Both the position numbers and the translations under genes were made by a program. A stretch of DNA of 64,000 bases, from the NCBI GenBank assembly GCA_963691875.1, contig OY829846.1:672001-736000 (forward strand). The letters run 5' to 3'. The stretch comes from Aureliella sp. Its GTDB lineage: Bacteria; Planctomycetota; Planctomycetia; Pirellulales; Pirellulaceae. Positions 33,368 to 44,159 of the stretch are shown here, piece by piece. Every line of letters starts with the position of its first letter. Position 1 is the stretch's first letter. A model generated the notes under the pieces. It had not been told where the DNA came from, did no database searches, and saw only the letters and a list, made by a program, of their open reading frames with translations.

Positions 33368-34618
33368 CTACCAGTTCGCGATTCCGCGGCTTGCACCCGA
33401 GAACTCATCCGCGTCGATTCCGAATTGCCCCAGAATAGAAAGATAAACATCACCAAGCAGCAAGGCATCGTCTTGCTTGGGATCGCTAGCGATGTGCTTC
33501 CCATGCTTGAGTCCGCCGCCGGCTACGATGGTCGGCAAGTTACGATTGGAATGGCGACTAGCGTCTCCCATCCCTGTTCCGATCAAAATCACTGTGGTTT
33601 CAAGCAGGGGTCGACCTGCGGCATCAGTCGTTTCCTTCATCTTCTTCAAGAAACGGTCGAAGCATCGCATGTGCTCCGTCTCAACACGCACTAGATCGCG
33701 AATCAGATCTGGATCGTTTCCATGGTGCGACAAAGCGTGGTAGCCCGCACGCAATGTGCGCCCATCGATGGTAAAGACCTGCCCAAGTCCAGCGATAAAG
33801 AGACTTGCTACTCGTGTTGTATCTGTCTGCAATGCAAGATGGATCAAATCGAGCATGATCTGTTCGCACTCGAGCATCAGGGTTGGTGTGACAGGATCAT
33901 ATGGGGGCAATTCGTAGTCTACCTTGACCTGGTCATCTGCAAGATACAAGAGCTGCTTACCCATCCGCTTCTCAAGTTCACGGAGTGATGTAAAATACTC
34001 TTCAAGCTTCCGGCGATCCGCCGCGCTAACAGCAGTTTGAACCATTCGCGCCTCTTGCGTGAGCGAGTCGATCACACTTAGACCACTCTTCAGCAAGTAT
34101 TCATTGTGCTCAGGATTCTTTGCTCTCCCAAACAGCTTCTCATAAACGACACTGGGTCGATTCAACATTGGCAGCGGAGTACCACGCTCATTGAAGCACA
34201 TTTTCTGGGCAGGTATTTCACCAGCGCAAAGCTGCATCGAAGGGAGATCAGTTCTCTGTCCAACCTGCTTTGCAATTTGCTGATCAAGCGAAAAGCTCCC
34301 GATTCGAGTTCCGCAAAGAAAATTGTCCCAATTCTTATGTCCGTTAGCCGCACGATGATCAAAACCTGAGAACACAGTGTAACCACTGCGATGCTTATCA
34401 ATATGTTGCAGCAATTCAGATGTGACATAATCGGACCCTGTGTCCTTGGGAAAAAACGCGGGACCGTGGTATCCAAGGTTCGACCCGATTGCAACGAAAC
34501 GCGTGCAATTTGCATGGTTTCTCTCTTTCTTCGAAGTCTTAGCGAAGGTCTCGAGTGCCGGAAGCGAGAGAGCAGCCGTTGCTGATTTTAGGAACAGTCT
34601 TCTTTTTGCCGGGCGCAT
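33368..34618 (-). CDS. DUF1552 (HXXSHH) Tat-exported protein
   Basis: MRPAKRRLFLKS Tat-like start at 34618, YHALSHH motif, NLPTIVAGG. Upstream of its usual DUF1592 partner. Confidence 0.87.
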   Translation of the reverse strand: MRPAKRRLFLKSATAALSLPALETFAKTSKKERNHANCTRFVAIGSNLGYHGPAFFPKDTGSDYVTSELLQHIDKHRSGYTVFSGFDHRAANGHKNWDNFLCGTRIGSFSLDQQIAKQVGQRTDLPSMQLCAGEIPAQKMCFNERGTPLPMLNRPSVVYEKLFGRAKNPEHNEYLLKSGLSVIDSLTQEARMVQTAVSAADRRKLEEYFTSLRELEKRMGKQLLYLADDQVKVDYELPPYDPVTPTLMLECEQIMLDLIHLALQTDTTRVASLFIAGLGQVFTIDGRTLRAGYHALSHHGNDPDLIRDLVRVETEHMRCFDRFLKKMKETTDAAGRPLLETTVILIGTGMGDASRHSNRNLPTIVAGGGLKHGKHIASDPKQDDALLLGDVYLSILGQFGIDADEFSGASRGIANW

Positions 34619-34911
34619 GATCTGCCTAAGAAGGGGCAAGTTACAAAAGCTAGGAGGATCCGCAGTCGAGAATCGATTGAATTCCCTGGTTGCAGTGGAA
34701 AGGTCGGAAACTGCTGCAGGTTTAACTTCCGACAGTTCTACATTGTAAAATAGGGTAAAATGCTCATCAAGTTTGATAAAGTGAAGAAACCTCACCACAA
34801 CAAGTCTTTTCCGGCAACTTGAATGAAGGCTAGACTGCTAATAGACCCGCTAGGGTGTTGCTACTCTGAAAACAACCAATTGCTCCAACATTTAGAGATG
34901 GAGAGCTGAAA

Positions 34912-35577
34912 ATGTACCGCTTTGTGAGTGTACTCGTTGCCATCTTGGTCATGGCGACCATCATCTGGCAGAATCAACCCGAGACCATCGCTGCTTCTAC
35001 GCGGACTGGAGCCCAGGCTCAGGAAAAAAAGAAGACAGAAGAAAATTCGAAGGAAGGCAAAGTGGATAAGCAGGAAACGAAAAGAGAAACTTCGTACAAC
35101 GAACTAAATCGATTCGAATCCTGGGTAATTCTGCAGAAGGGGACTGAACGCGCCGGCACTGGCAAATTAGAGCACAACAAGAAGAAGGGAACTTACATTT
35201 GTCGCCGATGCAACGCTGAACTTTACAAGAGTGATCATAAATTCGACAGCAACTGCGGGTGGCCAGCTTTCGACGACGAGATAAAGGGGGCCGTTCGTCG
35301 TCAGCGAGACAAGGACGGTTACCGTACCGAAATTCTTTGTGCCAACTGCGATGGCCACTTGGGCCACGTTTTTCTCGGAGAACGGATGACGGAAAAGAAC
35401 ACGCGTCACTGTGTAAATTCTGTCTGCATGAAGTTCATTCCAGAAGGCGAGAAATTGCCGGCCAAGATCATCCTGGAAACTGCGGCTGAGAAGAAACGTC
35501 GCTTGCGTGAGGAGGCGAAGACGAAACAAGAGGCTGAGAAGTCGAAGGAGAAGACGGAAGTCGATAAGAAGGACTGA
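34912..35577 (+). CDS. msrB: Peptide-methionine (R)-S-oxide reductase with N-terminal anchor
   Basis: GTER, YICRRC, KFDSNCGWPAF, RTEILCANCDGHLGHVF, RHCVNS. Confidence 0.92.
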   Translation: MYRFVSVLVAILVMATIIWQNQPETIAASTRTGAQAQEKKKTEENSKEGKVDKQETKRETSYNELNRFESWVILQKGTERAGTGKLEHNKKKGTYICRRCNAELYKSDHKFDSNCGWPAFDDEIKGAVRRQRDKDGYRTEILCANCDGHLGHVFLGERMTEKNTRHCVNSVCMKFIPEGEKLPAKIILETAAEKKRRLREEAKTKQEAEKSKEKTEVDKKD

Positions 35578-35616
35578 GTCATTAAACTTGGTCCGCTGCC
35601 TCCAACCCATCAAACC

Positions 35617-36177
35617 ATGCCCCAAATTGACAGAATCAAACATTCTCTCCAACCTTCGTTGAGACGGTTAATTGAGGATGCTTCCCTTCCTTCCTATGCG
35701 GAAGGCGTAATCGATCAAGCGACGAGCGATAGAATTCCGGACGTGGTGCTTAAGTGCGGCTTCTCGGGAAAACTCGCGGAGTCAGGCTTGTGGTTGCTCG
35801 CAAATGACCTAGACCGCTCTCACGTTATCAGCCAAGATCACGCAAGTGCAGATGGATCGTTCTGGCATGGCATCATGCATCGTCGCGAGGGCGATTTTGG
35901 TAACGCGAAGTACTGGTTTCGCAGAGTTGGCAGACACGACGTTCATGACAATCTTGCCGCGGAGTTACCTTCGCTGCTAGGTGAATCTGATTCGGAACTC
36001 GCCGATTTCCTGGCTTCTGCCGGTGCATTCGCGGAGGCGTTGGTAGATGCCTGCAGCGAGTTAGCCAGTGGAAAACGCAGTTGGAAAAACGGCCTGGAAC
36101 GCGTTTGTTGGTATGAGTGGCAAGGACTTTTCGACTATTGTCTCAACATTGATACCGAGGATACGTCGATAGCCTGA
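35617..36177 (+). CDS. Conserved hypothetical protein
   Basis: Conserved-looking core SHVISQD..GSFWHGIMHRREGDFGNAKYWFRR. Confidence 0.7.
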   Translation: MPQIDRIKHSLQPSLRRLIEDASLPSYAEGVIDQATSDRIPDVVLKCGFSGKLAESGLWLLANDLDRSHVISQDHASADGSFWHGIMHRREGDFGNAKYWFRRVGRHDVHDNLAAELPSLLGESDSELADFLASAGAFAEALVDACSELASGKRSWKNGLERVCWYEWQGLFDYCLNIDTEDTSIA

Positions 36178-36275
36178 TCTAAATCTCACTTTTGGTGTAA
36201 AAATAAGCCCATCGATGTCATACGATGTCTTGCCAATCGCCGCCGCGCCAGCTTGCCCGACTACCTGCAATCACT

Positions 36276-37148
36276 ATGAAACTTAGAGAAACATTCAGCA
36301 CCGACCGAACTGTACTCTCTTTTGAACTGTTCCCGCCCAAATCCGAGGCCGGGATGGGCGACTTAATGAAATCCGTTGAGGAGCTGAACGCCCATCAGCC
36401 GGACTTCATGACTTGTACCTACGGAGCAGGTGGTTCCACCCGCGACCGTACCTTGACGGTGGCTAGTACTGTAAAACAAGAGTACAGAACCCCGGTCGCC
36501 TCTCACTTGACCTGCGTCGGCTCTACCTGCGAACAGCTTCGCGACTACTTGAGCAAAGCCAAAGAGCAAGGAATTGACTACATCGTTGCTCTCCGGGGCG
36601 ATCCGCCAAAAGGCGAGACGGAGTTCAAAGCAGTTGACGGTGGCCTCCACTACGCCAACGAGCTTGTGGAACTCATCAAAGCCGAGTTTCCAGATTACGG
36701 AATTCTCGTTGCTGGCTACCCAGAAGTGCACCAAGAAGCTCCGAACGCAGAAGTCGATATGGAAAACTTGGTGCGTAAGGTCGACGCTGGCGCCGACGCA
36801 ATCGTGACTCAGCTCTTCTACGACAACAAAGACTACTTCTGCTTTGAAGAGCAATGTCGCAAAGCGGGAATTACCGTCCCCATTCTGCCCGGCCTACTCC
36901 CAGTCCTAACGCTTAAACAAGTGCAGCGAATTGCAAGCTTATGCAAAGCGCGCATTCCCGACGACTTTGTCGCTCGCCTGCAAGAGAAGGATGATCCCGA
37001 GTGGCAGTTTCAAGTCGGCGTTGAGCATGCAATCAAGCAGACTCAAGATCTAATTGACGCTAAGGTAGCAGGCATTCACTACTATGTGCTCAACAAGTCA
37101 ACAGCGACTAACCAGATACTCGGTAACGTGACTGGATTGAATCGCTAG
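36276..37148 (+). CDS. metF: 5,10-methylenetetrahydrofolate reductase
   Basis: SFELFPPK, TYGAGGSTR, HLTCV, ALRGDPP, AGYPE.H, TQLFYD. ATG at 36276 preferred. Confidence 0.95.
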   Translation: MKLRETFSTDRTVLSFELFPPKSEAGMGDLMKSVEELNAHQPDFMTCTYGAGGSTRDRTLTVASTVKQEYRTPVASHLTCVGSTCEQLRDYLSKAKEQGIDYIVALRGDPPKGETEFKAVDGGLHYANELVELIKAEFPDYGILVAGYPEVHQEAPNAEVDMENLVRKVDAGADAIVTQLFYDNKDYFCFEEQCRKAGITVPILPGLLPVLTLKQVQRIASLCKARIPDDFVARLQEKDDPEWQFQVGVEHAIKQTQDLIDAKVAGIHYYVLNKSTATNQILGNVTGLNR

Positions 37149-37192
37149 TTTGCGCACAGGACCTTTTATCACTATGCATTTACGCCTCGATG

Positions 37193-38512
37193 CTACTTCC
37201 CATCAGTTAGCTCAAGACAAATGCAACGTTCATCGTTACGAAGGTAAACCCGACCATTAGCGTATGCAGGTGGATTCCAAGCTACTTTCCGCCCAAATGC
37301 ATCCCCAGTTGGTTCAATGACCATTACCCGATCTAATTCTTGATATCCCTCTGGAGTTAGCCTGGCAATCACCAGCTCTCCGGTTTCGCAAAACAGAAAA
37401 TAGACATCTTTGTTTTGCACGATGAACGCCGTTCCGGATCCAACCGGACGCTCGGCCAACGGTTTCGCGGTTTGCCACAGTCGCTCTCCTGAGGGAATAT
37501 CGATCGCCATCAATTCCCCAGTTTGGTGCATTCCGTAGATTAAATTGCCTTCTAGGAACGGCTGGACATTAACGGGCGAAATCCCAAGCTTTGGTTTATC
37601 CTGAAACAGAACTTTCGCGCCAGGCTTGCCATCCGAAAGCTCGAGCATCAAGTTTCGATTGGCGTAGCCTCCAACAAACAAGTGATTATCCACCTTCAGC
37701 GGTGTCATAATGATCGAACCGCTAGTCGCTTCGTAGTCCTTTGCCCAAAACTCTTCGCCTGTTTCCGGATCGACTGAGCTGATCGCCTTTGGGCTCATCA
37801 GGATCAGTTGACGCTTTCCCGCAGCTTCGATGATAGTCGGTGGTGAGTAACCTTGTTCCGGTGCATTACCATAGCGCCAAATCTCCTTACCCGTTTTCTT
37901 GTCAAACGCGACCGTGTGCGACCCTTCACCACCAACCAGCGTGATGAGCTTGTCGCCGTCAATTAAGGGATGCCCAGCATAGCCCCACAGCGCACTCTTA
38001 GTCGAATACTCCTCACGCAAGTCGTGACTCCAGAAGACTTCACCGTTGCTTGCTGCAATGCACTTAAGATTACCCTCAGCACCGAGCACATAAACCAAAT
38101 CACCTTCCACGACGGGCGTGCATCTTGGCCCAGCGGGATAGGAAACTGAAGTAGTCACAGGGTAACTGTGCCTCCAAAGCACCTTCCCATTACTTGCATC
38201 AAGACAAACGACTCTTTCCTGCCCCTTGTACTCCTTTCGCTGAAAATTGGATACTTTTACATCTGCATCAGTGACAAAGTCCATCAAGTAGACGCGATCC
38301 CCCACAACAGCTGGGCCAGCGTAGCCACCGGCAACAGGCGTGCTCCAGAGTTGCTTTGGACCATCTACTGGAAAACGTCGCACGATGTTGTCTGCAGCCC
38401 AGCGATTGTCCCGAGTCGGGCCCATCCAGTGTGGCCAATCTTCTGCAGAGGCAAAGTTTGACGAGAGATAAAAAGAAAAGCAAACGAGTACCACAAAGTT
38501 GCTTTTGTACAT
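37193..38512 (-). CDS. PQQ-binding-like beta-propeller repeat protein
   Basis: Signal peptide, DWPHWMGPTRD, repeated CLDA..GKVLW / AFDKKTGKEIW units, PAYANGRVYLRN. Confidence 0.87.
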   Translation of the reverse strand: MYKSNFVVLVCFSFYLSSNFASAEDWPHWMGPTRDNRWAADNIVRRFPVDGPKQLWSTPVAGGYAGPAVVGDRVYLMDFVTDADVKVSNFQRKEYKGQERVVCLDASNGKVLWRHSYPVTTSVSYPAGPRCTPVVEGDLVYVLGAEGNLKCIAASNGEVFWSHDLREEYSTKSALWGYAGHPLIDGDKLITLVGGEGSHTVAFDKKTGKEIWRYGNAPEQGYSPPTIIEAAGKRQLILMSPKAISSVDPETGEEFWAKDYEATSGSIIMTPLKVDNHLFVGGYANRNLMLELSDGKPGAKVLFQDKPKLGISPVNVQPFLEGNLIYGMHQTGELMAIDIPSGERLWQTAKPLAERPVGSGTAFIVQNKDVYFLFCETGELVIARLTPEGYQELDRVMVIEPTGDAFGRKVAWNPPAYANGRVYLRNDERCICLELTDGK

Positions 38513-38601
38513 TCTTGAGACTCAGACGAAAGAGAGTAAGTACGATTCTGTATAAGTCGAATTTATCACACTTCGCGATGGAGGAAAACGAAACGCTAGA
38601 G

Positions 38602-39402
38602 TCATTCCGAAGCTGGCTCGGAAGCGACGGAATTTTGTGTGAAAAGCAACCCGAATGGCTCTGTAACTGCATCAAGCCAGAGCGCAACCCCTTCTTGGCC
38701 GCTAAAGCCAAACGCGAGAAAAACAGTCAGACTCGCTAAATTAACCGCAGGAAACAACATCCAGCAAAATGTCGGCGGCAGCTCCTTCAAGGCGGTTTTC
38801 TTGACTTGTAATGAAATAAAAGCCGTTAGAGCGTGATATGTGAATGCTGCTCCTAACAAATAACTTTGCCACGGAAGGAACATTGCTAGCGGCATCAGGA
38901 ATCCAAGTAGAAACAGAAGGATTCCTGCCGTTGGAAACAAATAGGGTGCCGCTTTGATCAGCCAGTTTCCTTTTCCGCGAAACTGCACTTCCCCGCCGGG
39001 CAGTAAGGATGCGCGAAGTGCCTCGACGGGGTGTCCGGTCGCAAAAGCGAACAATGCCGTAGTCAGCTTCTTCTCCAGCCCTGTTACTAACCTGCCCCAC
39101 GAATTCTTGGCTAAAAAACTCTGCCATAAAAAGAAGAATGAGATGGCACCGGTCAGAAAAGCGAGCAGCCGAAATGGATACGAAAGCGAATATGCAACGA
39201 CGTACCAGATCACTCGGAGAGCCGCCCAGACTACCAGTGGCAGCATTAAGGTCGATAACCATGCAGCGGGCCACCGGAGTTTCTCAATCCATTCGTCGAC
39301 TCGACTTGCGATTGCCCCGGTTTTCCTTGAAGAGGAGGCGTTCTCTAACTCGACGGAAGAATCGTCCGCAGCCAGATCGTCCGGCTCAGAGAACTCTCGC
39401 AT
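38602..39402 (-). CDS. M50B-peptidase-like membrane protein lacking the HExxH motif
   Basis: Multi-TM protein with GGEVQFRGKGNWLIKAAPYLFP. The expected HExxH position reads EKKLTTALFA. Start at 39402 preferred over 39480. Confidence 0.55.
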   Translation of the reverse strand: MREFSEPDDLAADDSSVELENASSSRKTGAIASRVDEWIEKLRWPAAWLSTLMLPLVVWAALRVIWYVVAYSLSYPFRLLAFLTGAISFFFLWQSFLAKNSWGRLVTGLEKKLTTALFAFATGHPVEALRASLLPGGEVQFRGKGNWLIKAAPYLFPTAGILLFLLGFLMPLAMFLPWQSYLLGAAFTYHALTAFISLQVKKTALKELPPTFCWMLFPAVNLASLTVFLAFGFSGQEGVALWLDAVTEPFGLLFTQNSVASEPASE

Positions 39403-39554
39403 ATCGGCGGAATCAGGACCAGTTGCAGTCAACGTATTGGCCTCGATTCGGCATCTATAAAAAACGGAAAAAAGCACCACACGATGTATGTTGCTTCAGT
39501 CTATTCGATTCTTAGAAACGATTCTTGGACGCTGCAGCAAATCCGCATAAGCAA

Positions 39555-42209
39555 TTAATGAAGTAGCTCGAGCTCGGTACCCAACGCAGGTCCACGAGCT
39601 GCCGCCATGATCGCTTGCATTGAGTACTGGCTATGGGAGGGTACATCAAAACGAATTTCTCGCCCAGACAAAGTATCTAGTTTCGCATACCCAAGTAGTT
39701 GGTCATCCGCAAAGAGGCCAAGGCTCATTTCTTGCTCCTCTCCACTCGGACGGCAGGCCATCAACTTCTCAACGCCCTGTCGCGTTAACTCAATACCGAT
39801 GTCAAAAAATGAGGACGATATGCCCGAGAACAAATTTGGCTGCAACACCATCCTTCCTCGAGTCTGAACAATCATTCCGAGTCCGCCGGAACTCGCCATG
39901 AATTTGGGATCCGGCACGACTCCATCGGCGATCCGAAAGGTCTTGAGCTCTATCATTGTCGAGCTTGTTAGTTTAGCACTGCTTTCAGCCGGCATCGACT
40001 GCGAATCTGTCTCTACTTGCTTCAGACTCTCTGCTGCCACGACCCAACCAAGCTCAATCGGCCCTTCGATCAGCAGTCGATTCGCGACTTGCGTTCGTTC
40101 TCTGTCTTGAACCTCGATTTCAATGTTGCCTTCAACCAAGGCGTCGTCAGGGATCGAACTCGCATACTTGAAAATCCTTGAGTATAAAATCGTCTCCGTT
40201 TTGAGCTCACCCTTCACTGTCACAACAACATTGTCAACGTCTTGCAATCTATACATGATGTTCTGCAAAACCTGAGGAGCCTGCCCATCAACAACCCGAT
40301 AGGTCAGAGTTACGGGGTAGATACGAGAGTTGTAAACGACAATTCCAATGATCAGTGCGAGCCCGCCAACTCCATTTAGGATTGCCATCACGCGAGCCCA
40401 GCGATTCTCCCGAACGAACATGATCGTCGTTGCTCCCCAGGACTTCCTGGCATTGGCATTGCCAACTGCCTGTACCGGTGTGGGAGGCGGCATACGTGCT
40501 GACCGCTTTCCGATCCAGCGAAACGCCCAGATTGCGGTAGGCAAAGAAACTAACCAACCCGGGCCGGACGGGAAGCAAGACAACGCACAGCAAGCCTTGG
40601 CGAGGCTGATTGGTCGGGCTACGAGGCATGCCAGCCCAGTGATAAGCTGCAAGACAGAAAGTGGACCGAGCGTTATGGCGGCCATAATAGCCATTGGGAC
40701 GACTTCAGACCCACGGATCTCATTTGCAATCATATATTCCGCAATCGCAAGGCTGCCGGCGGTCATGACGCTGCAGAATACGAGCAAGATGCCTAGCACA
40801 GTCCAGTACCATCTCGTCTCCTCAGCACTTGCGATCTCTTCGCTGTTTGCCGATAGAGTTTCACCACGCAGTTCAGGGCGCTGCTCGCAAAGCTGCTCAA
40901 GCATCTTACGTGCAAAAGCCTTATCCGAATGTTTGATCGAGAGTGTGACTTTCCCTGTCTCTGCCTCAGGCAAATCGCCGAAGGCCTCAATCGAATGCGC
41001 GAGAATTTCAAGCTTGTTTCCGATCCAATTTTCATGGAATTCGATGCGGCTCAGCTCTTCAGGTGCAATTGTGACCTTCTTCGTCTTAGATTTGCTAAAC
41101 ATACCGCTAATCCGAAACTCAACCTTAAGCTTGTCATCTCGCAGACGAACCATACCGACCGCCTCTGAAATACCGTTGTCACATGAAAATGTGAATGGGA
41201 CAGAGAGGTGCTTAATGGGCTCGGTGCGTGACGAAACCGCAGACTCCTCAATTTGAGCGACAGGAACCTCACCGGCAGCTGGCACGATGTGCACGCCCTT
41301 CAGCGCATCTTGAATATTGCTCGCAGACTGAAAACGCTGGCCGGGCTTGCGGTGTAGTGCCTTCATTACCAAATCATCAAGCTGCGTGCCAAGATGCGGC
41401 TGGATGACGCTCGGTGGTTCATAACGGCCGAGCGGCAACTGGCCCGTTAACAGCTCGTAGAAGATCACCCCAAGTGCGTAAAGGTCGACGCGATGGTCAA
41501 CTTCATTTGGTGACTCCAAGTGCTCAGGTGCCAAATAGTGCAACGAACCAAGGACTTGGCGGGTGGCAGTCAAAGTAGGAGTACGAACGGAGTTGTCTAC
41601 GATCTTTGCGATACCGAAATCGGCGACTTTCACGGAGCCTTCTTCGCCGAGCAAGATATTCTCAGGCTTGATATCACGGTGAACGACGCCGCGTCCATGC
41701 GCATAGTGCAAGGCTTGGCAAATCGTGGACACGATCGCTAACGAATCTTCAGGTCCCGCACTTTGCGACTGAATCGCTTCACGCAAGTTGATGCCGTCGA
41801 CATACTCCATCACGAGGTACGCTATGCCACCGGGCGTCCGCCCGTAGTCGTAAACCGTGACGATGTTGGGATGTGAGAGACGAGCAAGCGTTTTCGCTTC
41901 TCGCTCAAATCGTTCCTTGAAGGACGTGTCACCGGCAACTTCGCCCGAGATGACTTTCAACGCCACGTCGCGATCCAAGTTGGTCTGTCGGGCGTGATAA
42001 ACCGCACCCATCCCGCCTCGGCCAACCAGCCGTGTAATCTCGAACTGCGGAAATTCCCCGTTCAATTGCTCCAGCGACGGTAGCTTGACGGGCGATTCAG
42101 GCATCGGATCGGACTGCTCACCTGGATTCGACATCCCCAACTGCAACAAGCAAACTTGGCATCCACCGTCGGCCGCAAGCAAACTCCCACAATCTGAACA
42201 TTTAGTCAT
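39555..42209 (-). CDS. Membrane Ser/Thr protein kinase (Hanks type)
   Basis: GRGGMGAVY, VALK, HRDIKPEN, DFG, GSLHYLAPE, DLYALG. N-terminal CxxC..CxxC and several TM helices. Confidence 0.92.
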   Translation of the reverse strand: MTKCSDCGSLLAADGGCQVCLLQLGMSNPGEQSDPMPESPVKLPSLEQLNGEFPQFEITRLVGRGGMGAVYHARQTNLDRDVALKVISGEVAGDTSFKERFEREAKTLARLSHPNIVTVYDYGRTPGGIAYLVMEYVDGINLREAIQSQSAGPEDSLAIVSTICQALHYAHGRGVVHRDIKPENILLGEEGSVKVADFGIAKIVDNSVRTPTLTATRQVLGSLHYLAPEHLESPNEVDHRVDLYALGVIFYELLTGQLPLGRYEPPSVIQPHLGTQLDDLVMKALHRKPGQRFQSASNIQDALKGVHIVPAAGEVPVAQIEESAVSSRTEPIKHLSVPFTFSCDNGISEAVGMVRLRDDKLKVEFRISGMFSKSKTKKVTIAPEELSRIEFHENWIGNKLEILAHSIEAFGDLPEAETGKVTLSIKHSDKAFARKMLEQLCEQRPELRGETLSANSEEIASAEETRWYWTVLGILLVFCSVMTAGSLAIAEYMIANEIRGSEVVPMAIMAAITLGPLSVLQLITGLACLVARPISLAKACCALSCFPSGPGWLVSLPTAIWAFRWIGKRSARMPPPTPVQAVGNANARKSWGATTIMFVRENRWARVMAILNGVGGLALIIGIVVYNSRIYPVTLTYRVVDGQAPQVLQNIMYRLQDVDNVVVTVKGELKTETILYSRIFKYASSIPDDALVEGNIEIEVQDRERTQVANRLLIEGPIELGWVVAAESLKQVETDSQSMPAESSAKLTSSTMIELKTFRIADGVVPDPKFMASSGGLGMIVQTRGRMVLQPNLFSGISSSFFDIGIELTRQGVEKLMACRPSGEEQEMSLGLFADDQLLGYAKLDTLSGREIRFDVPSHSQYSMQAIMAAARGPALGTELELLH

Positions 42210-42292
42210 CTTTGAGCTCCAGTCGCCCTTTTTTTTTGGTTTCGAGTCAGCATTCGCGCCGATTCCATCAACAGAATTGGCTCTTAACCATC

Positions 42293-42321
42293 AGTTCGTA
42301 AAGCAACGATAGCCAGTTACA
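42293..42321 (-). promoter_or_regulatory. Possible ECF-type promoter for the kinase gene
   Basis: Minus strand reads TGTAAC-N17-CGAACT about 85 nt upstream of the kinase ATG. Confidence 0.3.
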
Positions 42322-42511
42322 GAACGGGAAAGAATTTCTCGAAGAATTCCCGATCACCCGAAACCTAGTGGGATTCGCCGGAATTTCTCATCTCTACCGA
42401 CTTCCGCATTTCGACCGTACAACCCGCAGTTCCGCTCAAAGAGGCTGAAGTAAGGATGAAGCCGCATTTTTTGCGAAGCGGTGGATTTCTGGCCAACCCC
42501 ACTACAACAGT

Positions 42512-44101
42512 TCAGCGTGGGCGGCGGGCGTCGAGCCATTCTTGTTTGGGAGGAGAATCTTTTTCCGCCCATTCCGGCCTTGGGAACCAGCGAAGAGAGC
42601 TGTATCGAGGATAGGTTTCCCAAACATGCGATGCAGAGAAGTCAGTTTCGCGGAGGTCGCCGGAGCGATTCAGCTCTTCCGTCAACAGCTTACGGTGCCT
42701 TTCGAGTACGGACTTATGCTTTGCGGAGCCAACCAGGTTGTTCAAACAAGCCGCGTCCGACCGAATGTCATAGAACTCCTCTCTCGGGCGTTTGTCCACC
42801 GAAAGTCCAAGGTACTGTCCCCACTGAGAACTGTCTCGCTGCTCGATCAGGAAGTTGAGCGAAGGACATGCGTCAATGTCGTGATAGCCGCCATGCTCTG
42901 GACCTAGCTTGGATAACACTTCTTCGTTGTTCGCATCATACTTCACGCTCGCATACTTCTGCGGCGTTCCGGCCGGCCAGCGTTCTGGCGTGTAGTTCCG
43001 GATGTAAAGGTAGCTTTCCGTTCTGACGCATCGCTGTGGATACCCAAGAGAGTTGTACCGAGAAGAGGAATGTCGCTCACGTCCGCTGAAAGTCATCGTT
43101 CGTGGTTCCGTTGCTTTTCCATCAAGAATCGTACGGAGACTCTTCCCAGTGGTCGCTTCCGGAGCGGCAACTTCGCAGAGATCATAGATCGTTGCTGTCA
43201 CGTCGATCAAGTTCACCACATCTTGGCTACCCCTTCCCTTTGGAAACTGCTTTGGCCAGCTGATCGCCAAGGGCATATGAATGCCGTACTCATAGACATT
43301 CGCCTTCGCACGCGGAAAGCTCATCCCGTTATCACTAGTGACAATAACAATCGTATTCTCGAGCATCCCTCTGGTTCGGAGTTGCTCTAACATGCGCGCT
43401 AAATGCGAATCGAACCACTGAATCTCATAAAAGTAGTCGAGAAGGTCGTTTCGGATTTCTGGGGCGTCCGGCAAAAACCCTGGTACCTTCACGCTGGAAG
43501 CATCCAATCCCGCCCTGGCACCGATACCCTTATCAAACTTGCGATGCGGCTCATGTCCGCCGAACCAAAAACAGAATGGCTTATCTCCATCCTTATCGTC
43601 TAGGAATGCAGCAAAATTGGCAGCGTAATTCGTGCTGGAGATCCCGGTTGGAGCCTTGTTCTTCTTCGAGTTGAAGGCGGGTCCTGCAGGATTTGCTTTC
43701 CAGCCTGAGACGTTGAACTTACCAGGGCCCCATGGCTTACCGGTGTAGCCAATCTGGTAGCCGTGTTCTTGCAAACGATATGGAAACGTTTCTAAGTCCT
43801 TTGGGAAGTGACTCGCATGCGTGCCAGCTTCGCGTATCTGCCAGATGTACTTTCCGGTCAAGAATGCCGCGCGCATTGGACTGCATCCTGGCGCCGGCGT
43901 GAACGCATTGTGAAACAGCATTCCTTGACGAGCGACCTGATCGAAGCCTGGCGTCTGAATGACAGGTTCACCATAGGCCGAAGCATGCGGATAGGACTGG
44001 TCATCCGAAATGCAGACCAACACATTCGGTCGTTCAGCCTGCGCAGACTTCAAGAGGAACAAGAACGACAAAACAAATGTTGCAAGCGTATTCCGAAACA
44101 T
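42512..44101 (-). CDS. Sulfatase (formylglycine-dependent, N-sulfoglucosamine sulfohydrolase-like)
   Basis: Signal peptide from ATG 44101, RPNVLVCISDD, CSPMRAAFLTG (CxPxR), GHEPHR, TSDNG. Confidence 0.9.
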   Translation of the reverse strand: MFRNTLATFVLSFLFLLKSAQAERPNVLVCISDDQSYPHASAYGEPVIQTPGFDQVARQGMLFHNAFTPAPGCSPMRAAFLTGKYIWQIREAGTHASHFPKDLETFPYRLQEHGYQIGYTGKPWGPGKFNVSGWKANPAGPAFNSKKNKAPTGISSTNYAANFAAFLDDKDGDKPFCFWFGGHEPHRKFDKGIGARAGLDASSVKVPGFLPDAPEIRNDLLDYFYEIQWFDSHLARMLEQLRTRGMLENTIVIVTSDNGMSFPRAKANVYEYGIHMPLAISWPKQFPKGRGSQDVVNLIDVTATIYDLCEVAAPEATTGKSLRTILDGKATEPRTMTFSGRERHSSSRYNSLGYPQRCVRTESYLYIRNYTPERWPAGTPQKYASVKYDANNEEVLSKLGPEHGGYHDIDACPSLNFLIEQRDSSQWGQYLGLSVDKRPREEFYDIRSDAACLNNLVGSAKHKSVLERHRKLLTEELNRSGDLRETDFSASHVWETYPRYSSLRWFPRPEWAEKDSPPKQEWLDARRPR

Positions 44102-44159
44102 CGATTCAAGCCTTCGCACTATGTAAGAGGTATGAGAACTCGTTAAGCGTCCATCGAGC

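Noticed and set aside
36178..36275. SAM/SAH riboswitch upstream of metF
   Set aside because: No recognisable SAM-I, SAM-II or SAH consensus elements.
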